A DNA stretch of 64,000 bases from Camelus dromedarius (Eukaryota): NCBI RefSeq assembly GCF_036321535.1, contig NC_087436.1, positions 91,018,001 to 91,082,000 of the forward strand, in the 5' to 3' direction. Position numbers and translations under genes: made by a program. Position 1 is the stretch's first letter; each line of letters begins with the position of its first letter. Under the pieces are notes generated by a model that worked only from the letters and a program-made list of their open reading frames with translations, was not told where the DNA came from and did no database searches. Positions 51,821 to 64,000 of the stretch are shown here, in pieces.

Positions 51821-52834
51821 TCTTAAAAAAATACTCTGAAATAGTTTCACACCAATTGTTGATTTGAAAGAATAAGGTTAATTTTTTGATGCAAAATAAA
51901 TTTAGTCATTTTTTGGTGGTATTGTTTGAATGTAATATGTGTTTTAGGCCAGAACAGAAGGCTAATTATCTTCCCTTTCAGAATGATTTAGATCTACCCT
52001 ATCAATGAAAATTTTCCCTAACAGTAACTGAAGAAGTTATTTTGACTCTGGGCATTAAGGTTACAAAAGGATTAATAGCAAAGAAATTAATTCTCTCAAG
52101 GAAATGCTCCATGTTTAGCTATGTGATGGCAATAAAATTTCCATTTTTATTTTTAGTTAACTGATTATATATATATGTGTGTATCTATGCATCCACACAT
52201 GTATGTGTGTGTCCATATGTGTCCATGTGGGTATGCATACGTATATATATGTACAGCCTAGCCAGGAGGACCTCAGGTAATGTTATGAACCTAGTCCTTC
52301 CTCTTTCACTGAACTATTTCTACACTGCTCTCTAATCTACCATGTAGACTTTCACACCCTGTGTTATTCACAAACATTTCTTGATTTCAGTGTAAGAGCT
52401 AATGAACTGTTAATGTAGAGTTCTTCATCTGAGACTGCTCAAACTTCAGTCTAAACTGTAGGATTTCACCAGTTGGACTTATGGTGGTGTTATGATTTTG
52501 TTGTTTATAAGCTGTCACTGAGCAAAGCTCTGCCACTTACTAGCCTGGTGACCTCAGGAAGTGATTCTCCATCCCCTTCCTCTCAAATGAGGGTATTAAA
52601 GGTACTTGGCTTATAAGGACTGAGGCAAATTAATATTTGTGAAGGCTTTAGAACATGACTTGGTACATAGTAAGCATTATATTGACATTTGTAAAATAAA
52701 TAAACAAAATGAAGATAAGTAAGACAGAATATTGACTCTAAAATATTGGATAGTAGGGAAGTGACAGTGAGTCTTCTAATATTGGAGGGGGTGACTTTAG
52801 GTTCTTTTGGTTTGTAAAGCACCAAACTGAGGGA

Positions 52835-52894
52835 AGTATAGATCTTCCTGCAATGTAGGATCTATACTTCCTACATTGCAGGAAGATCTATACT
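52835..52894. repeat. Perfect inverted repeat, 26-bp arms, 8-nt spacer
   Basis: agtatagatcttcctgcaatgtagga (52835-52860) is the exact reverse complement of tcctacattgcaggaagatctatact (52869-52894). Confidence 0.95.
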
Positions 52895-53949
52895 GGTTGA
52901 TTAAAGGGGCATATGAATGGTCCTAAACAAAGTTTATAGGAAAGTGGAATCTGAGTTACTGTCATAGACCAAAGAGGCAGTTGAGAAGTTAGGTAGGTGG
53001 TACCCTAAAGAACGTGGTCCTATGTGCTTTCAGAGCTAAAATGTCAACACAATGTCAGGGATTATTAAGAAAGGAATTAAGAACAAAACAAAAAACCTGG
53101 GAAAGTGTTCTGGAAATATAATCTGAAGACTCATGTTGGTCTAGGCTCTAGACCTGAACTGTGCAAATTATTTAACTTCATTCAGTCTTGGTTGCTTCAT
53201 TTGCAGAATATTTGCTTTTTTGTACATATTTAAATTATAAAATTGTTGTGAAGACTTACTTGAGAGTGGGTGTTCATCTACTATGTTTACTGTAAAATAA
53301 ACTAACATACCATTAGTGTTCTGGTTGTTAATAAAAGCGCTGATGTTACAGAATCATGATGGTTCATTTCCTCTAATTTGACAACCATAGGAAAAAAATT
53401 AAATCAACCTAGAGAAGGTACTGAATATTCACACTATGAGTGAGGAGAAGGGAAGGGCCCTTCCTCCTTCCACTACCCCCATTAACAATGTATGAAAAAA
53501 GCAAAACAAAAATTTTTAAATTCAAACCTGTAAACTTAGCCTAAGGAGACTAAAATATAAGGAAAAATGTAAAGAATATCTCCAAACTCTTGACCTTTCC
53601 TATAGTAAGATCTTACCTACAGGAACTACGTAGTCTGTAGATTGCTCAGCATGTCATGATGCTTCTTTTTATTTATCTTAGAAGCAATCTTTTAATATTC
53701 CCTCAGTTATTTTTAAAATTTCAAATTCAAAAAATTAATTCCACATTCACCTTCAATTTTATAAGTTTTAACCAATTTCTGTTGCTAAAGTAGAAAAATT
53801 TATTGCATTTGATTATGGGAAAGATGACTCCATGCAAAATTTTAAAGAGGAAAGATAAGACATGGCTTGTCAAAGAGCAGGGGAAATCCTTCCATTTTTA
53901 CAGAGTGATTCCCTGCAAAAGTATCATATCCTCTTTGAAGGGATATATT

Positions 53950-56945
53950 ATAGGGATTTGACCTATAATTGTGGATTTGTGTGTTTCTCGGCAGTTGTAT
54001 CAGTTTTTGCTTCATACATTTAGAATCTCGGATGGTAAGTGCATAAAGGTTACATCTTCTTGAAGAATTGATCCATTTACTATCATTATGAAATTAATCT
54101 CCTTATCCTTTGTAATATTCTTGCTCTAAAATCTTTATATAAATTAGCTAATATAAATTGGCTTTCTTTTTGATCAGTGTCAACATGGTATAACTTTTCC
54201 CATCTCTTTTTTTTTAACCTTGTTGTGTCATTACATTTAAAATAAGTTTCTTGTAGGCAGGTTTGTTGGGTCATGCTTTTTTATCCAATCTGGGAATCTG
54301 TCATTTATTTGGGTTATTAAGACTTTTTACAGTTGATGCTTGATATACACAGTAGTTCTGTTATATGAAGTCACCATGGTCACTGGATTAGTGAATACCT
54401 GAGCATGTTCCTTGGGGAAGTACAAGTAGGCTCCTTGAGCCTCTGGTTGTAATCGATTTGTCAGATGATCAATATATAACCTTGTTTTATATGTGTTTCT
54501 TTTTAAGGACACCATATTCATTCACATTGAACTAATGGCCAACAGTAATATTGCTCATGCCTGATCGAAGCTTATCTAACACACTCCTTGTCATTGTAAG
54601 GCATAGCCTTCTTGTGCTTAGAGACACTACGCAGAGTCTGAGCACTAAGCTTGGGGGCCATTTAAAATAGTGAACTCACCAACAGAAAGCACAAAAATGC
54701 AAAAATGTGGCACTAAATAGACCATGAAAAGGACATTTGTTTACAGTATGACAGCTGAAACAAGAAGGCAGAGTGCCGCCTTGTTTAACTTCATCTGAGA
54801 ACTTGCATGTTGGTCACTCAAGTATTTCACTTTTTCACGCAAGTCTGTGGATGGCCAAGAAAGTACAGCAAATATTGATTTGGGGGGTTACAAATTGATG
54901 TTAGTGAGTAGGCAAATTTGCAACTACAGAATCTACAAATAATGAGGATCAACTGTGCATTTATTGTGATTATTGATATGGTAAGATTTAAATCTACCAT
55001 TTTTCTTTGTCTTTGTCTTTTTTCTGTTTGCCTATTGTTCTTTCCTTTCGTTTCTTTTTCTGCCTTCTTCGGTATCATTCCACTTTATTTTATTTAATGT
55101 ATCTTCTTGGCTTGTTAATATAACTTGTTTTATAAATTAAACTTTGTTTACTGGTGCCTTTGAATTTACAGTATATACCTTCAATATATGACAACCAATA
55201 TTCATATGATATTATACAACTCATATATAGTAAATGTATTCTTTCATTTTTCTCCACCTGACCTTTGTTACTATTGTCATGAATTTTATTCTATGTATAT
55301 CATAAGGCCCAAGGTAAATTGTCATAATATAATCATTAAAAAGTTGAAATAAAAAAGAAAATAGAAATAGAAAAAAAAAGTTTCTACCCACATAATCATA
55401 TTTCCTATGTGCCTTACTCTTTAGGTAGACATAGGTTTTTATCTGATATATTTTCCTTTTCTTTTAACATTTCTTTAGTACAGGTCTGCTGCTGAAGAAT
55501 TCTTCCAGTTTTGTATGTCTGAAAATATTTTCATTTTATGTTTGTTTTTGAAAGATATTTTCTGTACCCCATGGCTTTTTAGCTTCATTATTTCCATCAA
55601 GAAGTCTATTGTCCTTATTTTATTTCTGTGTGTCATTTTCCTCTGGCTGTTTTCAAGATTTTTCTCTTTATTGTTATTTTTAAGCAACTTTATTATCACA
55701 TGCCTTGGCATAGTTTTCTCTGGCTTGGGGTTCCTTGAGCTTCTTGGATCTGTGAGTTTTATAATTTTTATCAAATTTGGAAGATGTCAGGTCATTATTT
55801 CTTCAAAAAGTTTCTTCTCTCTCCCCATTTGACAATTAGAATTATTTGTATATTAGGCTGTTTGATGTTATCCCATAGTTCACTGATTCCTTGTTCTTTT
55901 TTAAATGTCTTTTACTCTTAGTTTCATTGTTAATGGTTTCTGCTACTATCTTCAAGGGCACTAGTGTCTCTTCTGCAGTTTCTAATCTTCCATTCATCCC
56001 ATCAAGTTAAATTCAAATATTGTAGTTTTCATCTCTAGAAGTTCAATTTGTCTTTTTCATATCTTTGATGTCTCTTTTAAAAGTGTTCAATCTTTATTCT
56101 TGCTTCTTGAACATATGGAATGCAGTTATATGAATTTTAATATCCTTATCTACTAATTATATTTTGTGTAATTTCTGGGTTGTTTTTATAAATTTTCTCC
56201 TTTATGGCCTTGTTTTCCTTCTTTGCATGACTGGTCATTTTGATTGGATGCCGGACACTGCAAATTTTGCCTGTTGGGTGCTGGATAGATTTGTTTTCCT
56301 AGAAATATTTTTGAGTTTGTTCTGAGATATAATTAGGTTATTGGCAAACTGTTTGACCCTTTTGCATCTTGCTTTTGAACTTTTCTTGTTGGACCACAGC
56401 ATTGTTAGCAATAGACTTCTGAATATGCTCTCTGTTCCACTGTGAATTATATCATTTTCCACTCTGGTTGATAGAAACAGGCACTAAGTGTGTTTCAGTG
56501 ATTATTTCCTCTAATGCTTTTAGGTGTTTCTTTCTTCCAGCCTTGGATAATTTTCTCACATGGTTGTGGGGATCAGAATTCACATGAAGAGTTGAAGCAG
56601 ACTGTCTGTATATCTCAAGAGTCCTTTCTCTACCAGCTCTTTGCTCTCTGGTATGCGTTCCTGCAATCTCCTGCCCACTTTGGTCTACCCAGACTCCCAG
56701 CTCTGTCTCCTCAATTCAGGAAGACAGCTAGGCTCTGCGTGGCTTCCTCCTTCTTACATTGGAGCCTGTAAACTTTCTCTATGTGGCAAGCTTGGGCAAT
56801 TTCAAAGTTCATTGCATTTTGTAATAATATCAATATTGCTCAGAGATCACTCTTCTTCATTGTCCTATTTCTAAAGACTTGAGGTGTGTTTCAGACAGGA
56901 GGCTAAATTCTTTCCCTGTTACTTTATCTTGACCAGAAGCAAAAG
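53950..56945 (-). mobile_element. Ancient L1 5' half (5'UTR, ORF1, start of ORF2 endonuclease), interrupted by a Tigger MITE
   Basis: Minus ORF 54086-54274 'CLQETYFKCNDTTRLKKKRWEKLYH' matches the APE endonuclease CLQETH motif region. Minus ORF 55475-55774 'PRHVIIKLLK...KEK' matches the ORF1p RRM motif. Confidence 0.85.
54330..54955 (-). mobile_element. MER82-like TcMar-Tigger MITE (full length)
   Basis: TIRs cagttgatgct.../...aggatcaactg, with TA at 54328-54329 (right copy decayed to TG). About 626 bp, with a residual Tigger transposase start 'aaaatggcccccaag' on the - strand. Confidence 0.8.
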
Positions 56946-58401
56946 TACTCTGACATTAATGTTTTTAATTGCATTTAATGTATTAATTTAATTGTATTTA
57001 ATTTAATTTAAGTGCATTTAATTATAATTAACTGTAAGATATATTGCTTAGCTTGTCTTTAGCTTATAACTTTAATTTTACAGTTATATAACTACCTATG
57101 TGCATAAAAGATATATCCCAGTTTTAATATTTTTAAGAAACATACTATAATAACTGAAGCTATCCATGGGAGTAGGAGGGGGAGAAGAAGAATGTCATTG
57201 TTCTTTAAAAGGTGTCCATATATATTATTCAAATTGTGAAACACTGTGCCGGTTTGAAGCAGAATGTGAGCTCAGTGTGTTTTAGCCTTGAGACCTTATG
57301 TTTTTAAAATGATTCCCTTTCTTTAACTTGTTGCCCTGCTATTTGCCTTAGAATGCCTTTCCACACTCTTTTACTTCTGTAGCCCTTGTGATATGGACAT
57401 AAACTTTTCCCTCTTGCGTGTATACTATCTATATATACTAAGATTTTTCTTGTAGAGGCTGAGCATTAAAAGCACATACCAGATTTAATATATTAGGTAT
57501 GGAAAATTGTGGGATGATTGATGATACTCAAACCAGAACAACTTACGTGTATCATAAACAATACATAGCAGGGAAGTCAAGAAACCACAAAAAAGACTTT
57601 ACCCTTCATTTTTCCAACTCTTGATCCCCCATCTTTGGTAGGTTGTCATGGCCATGAAAAATGGGAGGCAGGTGGAGAAAATATTTAATTGTCAAGACAT
57701 AAAATTTTTTGTGGAAGCTTCTTTCATTGATTCTGGGTTGACAGAATATCATCTACTTCCATTAGATTAGAATATCCATGGGGGCAGTCACTGTGTGTAT
57801 CTTGTTCACCCCTGATTCCAGTACTTAGAACAGGGTCCAGAAAAGGTGCTCAAGAAACATATGCTGAATACCCTAGAAATAATAATGTCAACACGGTCTT
57901 CTCAGGTTAAAGCAATTGAAGTATCTGTGTCTTCTCTAATTGCTTTTACTTCCCTAAGAGGCTAAGACTAGGGTAAGGTGTGGAAGAACAAGATCTTAGA
58001 ATCTGTAAAGCACAACAGTAGTAGCTGGTAGATGTAGTAACTGGACTCTAGCCCTCTATTGCTGCTTCTCTTTTATTGGAAGATCTAGGCTATAACTTTT
58101 TGAGCAAGTGAATCATTCATGCTTTGTTTTCCCCTACATTCTCAGAGCCTAGCATGTATGCAACTCATACATGGTGGATACTCAACAGAAATGAAAGGGA
58201 AACTATATATTTAAGATATGAGATGGCTATGAAGCATCTTGTGATTCTGAAGAGAATCTGAAGAAGTTGTTTCTTATTATTAGGTATCAGAAGAGAATAG
58301 TGGAATTCAGATATAGAATGAGTGGATCCAAATATAGCTGTGGTATAACAGGGGAAAGGGGTCTGTCTATCATCTCTCTATCTATCTCACTATTTCTTTC
58401 C

Positions 58402-58437
<36 letters not shown>

Positions 58438-58439
58438 GC

Positions 58440-58476
<37 letters not shown>
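58402..58476. repeat. (TATC)n tetranucleotide microsatellite, interrupted
   Basis: Two runs of TATC separated by 'tgcc'. Confidence 0.95.
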
Positions 58477-58927
58477 ATTTTTGCCCTACTCAATACTTGT
58501 TCCTATTTAATTTCATTCAATGTGCTCTTCTTTATCCTATTCATTCCTTGAACTATATTAAATTGGAATCCTGCCCTTGAAGGTACTAGTTATTCTCCAC
58601 ATTGATTGAAACAGAGACCTTGAATAAGCCACTTAAAACTTTTGATGCCTATGTAGGCCACTCATGTTTTCTTCATTCACTAGGATGACATGTGTGTTAA
58701 TATTTGAAATTCTCTATCTGGTATTTGGCTGGCCAAGAAGCCAAGATGACTTTGATAGTCGATTAAACTTCCTATGTCAGTCACAGTGAAGAGAAGGGAA
58801 AAATAATGTAAACAACCCAGTAGTAGAATTTAAGTAGAGTAAAGGGCACGTCCACAGCTATGTTAGATTATAAAGGAGAATTATACATGGTGGAAAAAAT
58901 GGGGAAAGTGCCTCCATCTCTGTCACC

Positions 58928-59820
58928 ATTCATTCAGTCAACAAATACTTGAATGCCTATTATGTGCCAGGCACTTCTCAAGGTAATTTTTTTACATCAG
59001 TGAACAATGATTTCTGCTCTTATTATCCTTCTTTACATTTTGTCAGAAGTGGGGGGAGGTAGAAGTAAAGACAGAAAATGAACAATAGACATGAAAAAAA
59101 AAAACACCAATTGTATGTATGGTATGTTACAGGGTAATATAGGCTTTAAGAAAAAGAATAAAAGTGGAGCAGGGTTAGAGAGTTTAAGGGATGATAAATT
59201 AGTGGACTGCTAATTGCAGTTTTAACTAGGTGAGATTAGATCGAAGGCTTGAAGGAGCTGAGGAAATTAGCCATATGGGTGTTGGTGGAGAGGCCACCCA
59301 GGCTGAAACCATAACTAAAACAAATTCCCACGGCTGGAATGCCCCTGGAGTGTTTAGGTGTCCTGATGTGGCTTGAACAGAGAGGAGAACTGAAAAGAGA
59401 GAAAACAGGGAACCAGATTATGTGCTGCCTCCTAGGCAGTTATATAGACTTTGGCTTTTACTCTGAGTAAAATGACCACTGTAAGGTGTTGAGTAGAGGA
59501 GTGAGCTGATCTGATTTTGGCTTTTGAAAGCTTACTCTGAGCTGCTGTGTTGAGAACAGTCCTTGTGGTAGGATGGGACGAATGTAGGAGTGGAGGCACC
59601 TTTTAGAAAGTTTTTGCAATAGTTCATCTAAGAGATGGTGTTTGTGATCAGGTTGGTAGCAATGCAGATGGTAAAAAATGGTCATATTCTAGACATAAAG
59701 ATAGATAAAGCAGGGCTTGCAAATAGATTGATAAAGGATATAAAAGGAGTCAAGGATATGTCTGAGGTATTTGATGTGAGCATTTGAAAGGATGGAGCTT
59801 CCATTAACTAAGGTGAGAAA
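58928..59820 (-). mobile_element. L2 LINE 3' portion
   Basis: Reverse L2 tail 'cattcattcagtcaacaaatacttgaatgcctattatgtgccaggcac' and body 'gactttggcttttactctgagtaaaatg', 'ggagtcaaggat...gatggagcttccattaactaagg'. Confidence 0.8.
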
Positions 59821-60319
59821 CTCTACGGATAAGATTGGATGATGATTACTACCGAACTAGTCTGTATAACTCTAAGTTTACCTCCCTTTGTTTCTTAATC
59901 TCCCTAAAATGCAAACCTGAACACATCTTCAGCTAACTAAAAGAATACCTTGGATCACTATTTTAGGATGAAGTCCAAGCTTCTTATCGTGATTTCATTT
60001 AGCTTTTGCATATCTCTTTTCTTCTTCCTATGGCCCCCACCCCCATCACCACACAGGCTATTATCAAGATATGCTTTCTTTCTGTCTCTAAAACATTCAC
60101 CTTCCACTTCCCACTAATCCTTCAGGTGTCACCTTAGGTGTTCCTTCTTCTGGGAAGCTATTATTGTTGAAAACTACAGTCCCTCCCCCAAATACACCCA
60201 TATATGAATGTTTTGCCATTATTAAAACAATGTCCACATCATATCATAATTGCTTGCTTAATATTATTCATCATTCACTGCAAGCTTCAGAAAGATTCAA
60301 ATGTAACTGACTTCTCACT

Positions 60320-60690
60320 GTTCCAATTAGCCATTGCTGTGTAATAAAGCACCTCAAAGCACAGAACCTTAATACAACAACAATCACTTGTGTTGCTCAC
60401 AAATCTACAACATAGGAAGTCTTGGTGGGGAAAGTTTATTTCTGCTCCATGTGGTGTCAGCTGGGATGGCTCGACTCAAGCTAGACTCAGGGATCTACTT
60501 TAAAATGATTCATAAATGTGACAGGTAAATTGGTGCTGGATGTACATTTCTCTCCATGAGGGTCTCTTCATGAAGTTATTGATTCCAAGGGCAAGCGTTC
60601 CAATGGTAGAGGCACGTTTTAGGAAGAGTATGTAGAATGAGAGTTATTTTTACTGCCATTTTTGGAATATATAATCTAATCTAATCTGTC
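60320..60690 (-). mobile_element. MLT1-like LTR fragment
   Basis: 'tagccattgctgtgtaataaagcacctcaaa...ttgctcacaaatct...ttctgctccatgtggtgtcagctggg'. Confidence 0.6.
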
Positions 60691-63199
60691 AACCTCACTG
60701 TTGTGTCTTTGCTACACAGAAAATCACCCAGCATGTATTAGAGGCTCAATAAATATATTGGGAATAATTAAAATGTCTTTCTTAATAGCTTCCTTTTCTA
60801 TCTACTACAAGAAACTTCTTTCATAACAGATAGCCCAGTATTTTCATTGTATTTTGGTTTTGTTTTATTTCTGAGGAACACACTATGCATAGGAAGTAGG
60901 CCCATGTAATTAATTCTGTGTGTTTCACATGGGTAGAACCTTTATTTCTTCCATTGGAGCCATTTAATCTGTAAAATGTTTACAAGGACAAGAGTTTCCA
61001 ATATTTCTCACTTATTCCTCGTTAGGATATTACCGCATTTCTTCGGAAAATGTTACGTAAGACAGAAACCATTATTGTGCTAAGCAATATATTTTTATGG
61101 AAACCAATTGACTAGTTTTTTACATTTGGCCTTCCTATAAAACTCTGGACTAGACATTAATGTTTAGCTATTACAGTAACAAAACTAATACACATATTGA
61201 TTTGTAAAGTGCCTTTCTTCTGCAAAGGCCAGTCATTACTCTTAAAATATTTTTGTGTCTTTTTAAAATAATAGATTAAGAGCCTTTTTTGCCATTCCTG
61301 GAATGGTAGCTATTGTAATTAAATAGAGGTTATATTACCAAGCTCTCCAGAAAGTATTGTTTCAAATTTGTGATCATTTTCCCCTACAGCTACATCTACA
61401 CATAAATAGATTCTTGACATACCATAAGAAGGTGAAAATCCAATACTTCTATTTCCTAAAGATTTGGAAGACAGGCAGTGACATTTACTGAATGGAGTGG
61501 AACTCTATACTGTGTGATTTACAAACACACAAACCTCTGAGTCTCAAAGAGGTTGTAACTTGCTCAAGTTTATCTGATGCTATAGTCTGTCTTTCTTCCA
61601 CTATAAAGAAGTTATTTTTCCCCAAGCCATACTTTAAAGTCCTTAACAATTCCATTCACAGTTGCTTATTTTGACAGAGGGACTGGTCATATGACACATG
61701 TTTTTCTGATACCATGTGATTTAAGACAGGAGACTTCAATATTCGCCAGGAAGGTTTTCTCAGTCTCCCTAAACACAGAGAGCCCTTTCCTTATCAATAT
61801 TCCCATAATGCCCTTGGGACTGTTTTTACCATAACATTTTCACTTTATATAACAAACATTTTAAAAAAAATCTATCTTCCAAATCAAGCAAAGAACCCAA
61901 TAAAGGGAACTAGATCCTCTTTATAGTTCTTTCCTTAACACTTAGCGTAAAGCCAGGTACGTGATGTTTCCATTTCTCGGTTCAGGTAACAGACTTCTCT
62001 TCTTACAGGGCCAGAATTCATAGCCTGATCCTCTGTTCTTTAGCTCAGATTCCCCTACAACTAAAGTTTGGAATTGTCCTTCCAGTCTGTTTAAGAGGAG
62101 TCCCACCGACTAACTCTCGACTCTCTTGATTGCATTCCTATCCTTGTAGCCAGATTTCCCAGTGGGGTTTCTGTCAGTGGTCTTCTTCATCCTCCCATCT
62201 CCCCTTTCCCAACCATTGTACGAAATACCGTACAAACCTGTACCTTCTCCTCTGTCTGATCTTTGGAACTGCCTGTTGGTTTGTTCACCCCTGCCGGTCC
62301 ACCTGGTTTCTCTGTCCCTACCATCTTTGACGGACATCATTCTGCCTCTCTTCCAGATGCCTTATTTTGAGACCCACTGAACTATAACATGGTCCTTTAT
62401 GGCCGACAAACAAAGTGCACATGACTTTAAATCTTAGCATGTAGAACAGTACTTTCACTTAAGTGTCCAGGAAGTCCGTTGAATACATGCTTTTCTAAGT
62501 TTAAACAAAGCTTTCATAGCAGTCATTTTGAGAACCCAAAAGAACAGCTTTAAAAAGCTGAAAATACAGAGTAAAAATAATTTACAGTTGCCCTTCATAT
62601 CGAAAAAGTACTTGTGAGGTGATTATCTGCTACTCTGTTTCAGAGGGAGAGATTCGCACCAAATCTTTGTTCAGAAAAAAAACAACAACACTCATTTTTT
62701 ATTACTTCACCCCAAGATCATTGTGATACTGAAGCACAGACCCATTATCTATAGAGCAAACAGAAACAGCCATCTCTGGCAAGACCAAACACTGCTTGAA
62801 AAAGATCCTGACACGCAGAGTTAGGGATTTGTCACAATGCTGAAGTACACCCTTTAGTTATTCCTTTGGGCCAAATGCCCTAAAGCATTTACAGTTTTCT
62901 TAAGACCCATGTCAATTGGCACAGATCAGCTGAGGCTAAGATTGGTGAGCCGAACGAAGCCGGGCCAGCCTTCTTCTGGAAGCACCAGCTCCGAAGCCTA
63001 AATGGGCCCCACCATGGAGGAACTCTGGGGAGACAAGAGGGACACACAGAACACTAAAAACAAAAAACAGGCTGCTGACCAGGAGGCATTATAGTTATCA
63101 ACACTTTGACTATCAGAAACTGTCAGATTCTTCTATTCTAAAGTACCCCCAGAAGCTCTGCCTGCAGACAATGTTTCATTGTTTTTCCCATCCAGAGCT

Positions 63200-63645
63200 C
63201 TAACCGAGCATGAGTTGATTCCCCTATCTGCCTGATGTCTTTCTCCTTCTCAAACACTCTCCTCCAGCCTCCCTGGTCTCCTTTGGTTCCTCGGACAATC
63301 TAAACTTGTTTCTGCCTCAGAAGCTTTGAACTGGCCTTTCTGCTCTTACTTGCTTTAGGACTCAGCTCAAATATGACCAAGAGGTATACTTTGACTCCTG
63401 ATCTAAATAACCTCCTGCCCCTTCTAACGGTCATCCTCTTCATCATGCTTTGCTTTTCTTTACTTTTCAATATACAGTTTGGTACATATTACATACACAT
63501 GCATTTGTTTAAAATCTCTCTCTCCCCATGAGGATTGAAGTTCCAGAAGACCAGAGATTTTGATTCCATTTAATGCTACAATCCCAGACCATAGAACAGT
63601 GGCTCGTACAGGGTAATTACCCGTTATGTATTTGTTGAATAGATA
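63200..63645 (+). mobile_element. L2 LINE 3' end
   Basis: 'ctccagcctccctggtctcctttggttcctc...tctgcctcagaagctttgaactggc' and tail 'agaacagtggctcgtacag...tatttgttgaatagataaa'. Confidence 0.7.
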
Positions 63646-64000
63646 AATTTTAAACGTGTTGCCTCACTATGTAGTACATTCCAGTTTGTTGTTCCAAACT
63701 TCCATTGAAGTCTGCTAACCACGTAAATACGTGTATATGTATCTTGGAGGACAGATCAAAGAAAAGAGGTGATTTCCCCCTTTCCCAAGGAACAGAACCA
63801 AATGAATAGCCCCAAGGGGATGAGACATGAACTGGTTGAAGACTTTCACTGACACTGAAATTTTTACCTAGAGATGACTATAAATATGTCAACTTCTCAC
63901 CAAACTCACAGAATTTCTTGAAAGGCCAGAATACAGCGTAAGGAATTCAATCTAATTTTATTGAAACTCTAAAAGATAAGGTGACCTTAGTTGACAGCTA

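Noticed and set aside
56955..57035. AT-rich quasi-periodic stretch (ttaattgcatttaat-like units)
   Set aside because: Low-complexity degenerate AT repeat; its self-complementarity is trivial at this composition.
62110..62340. R/G/D-rich minus ORF, considered as a processed-pseudogene fragment
   Set aside because: I could not align it to any protein I know, and there is no poly(A) tail or TSD. A pyrimidine-rich + strand explains the composition.
1..64000. CRISPR arrays, tRNA/rRNA genes, operons or other prokaryotic systems
   Set aside because: The sequence is mammalian. No repeat-spacer array, tRNA cloverleaf or rRNA similarity was seen.

Overview
AT-rich, CpG-depleted eutherian mammalian genomic DNA. 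Tigger1a_Art-like and cetartiodactyl-type L1 3' ends, with no recognisable Alu, B1, Bov-tA/BovB, PRE-1 or CHR SINEs, point to a cetartiodactyl, most likely a camelid (inference). A large part of the window is decayed transposon sequence: L1, L2, MIR, MaLR/ERV LTRs, and Tigger and hAT MITEs. There is one clear CpG-island promoter (~10.1-10.7 kb) with strong + strand splice donors, so the downstream sequence looks like long introns of a gene I cannot name. No recognisable intact protein-coding gene, RNA gene or CRISPR array is present. The only ORF-track entries with recognisable homology are L1 ORF1/ORF2 fossils. The most notable observations are: a 59-bp target-site duplication around a truncated L1; a perfect 26-bp-arm palindrome with a nested second hairpin; a polyadenylated mRNA-3'-end-like insert next to the promoter; a possible spliced 36-aa single-pass membrane micropeptide; and a chain of phase-compatible minus-strand candidate exons ending in a 16-nt microexon. 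I found no well-supported new biological system, and the exon models are hypotheses. Repeat family names come from recalled consensus sequences, not a database search, and repeat boundaries are approximate unless a TSD or TIR is given.
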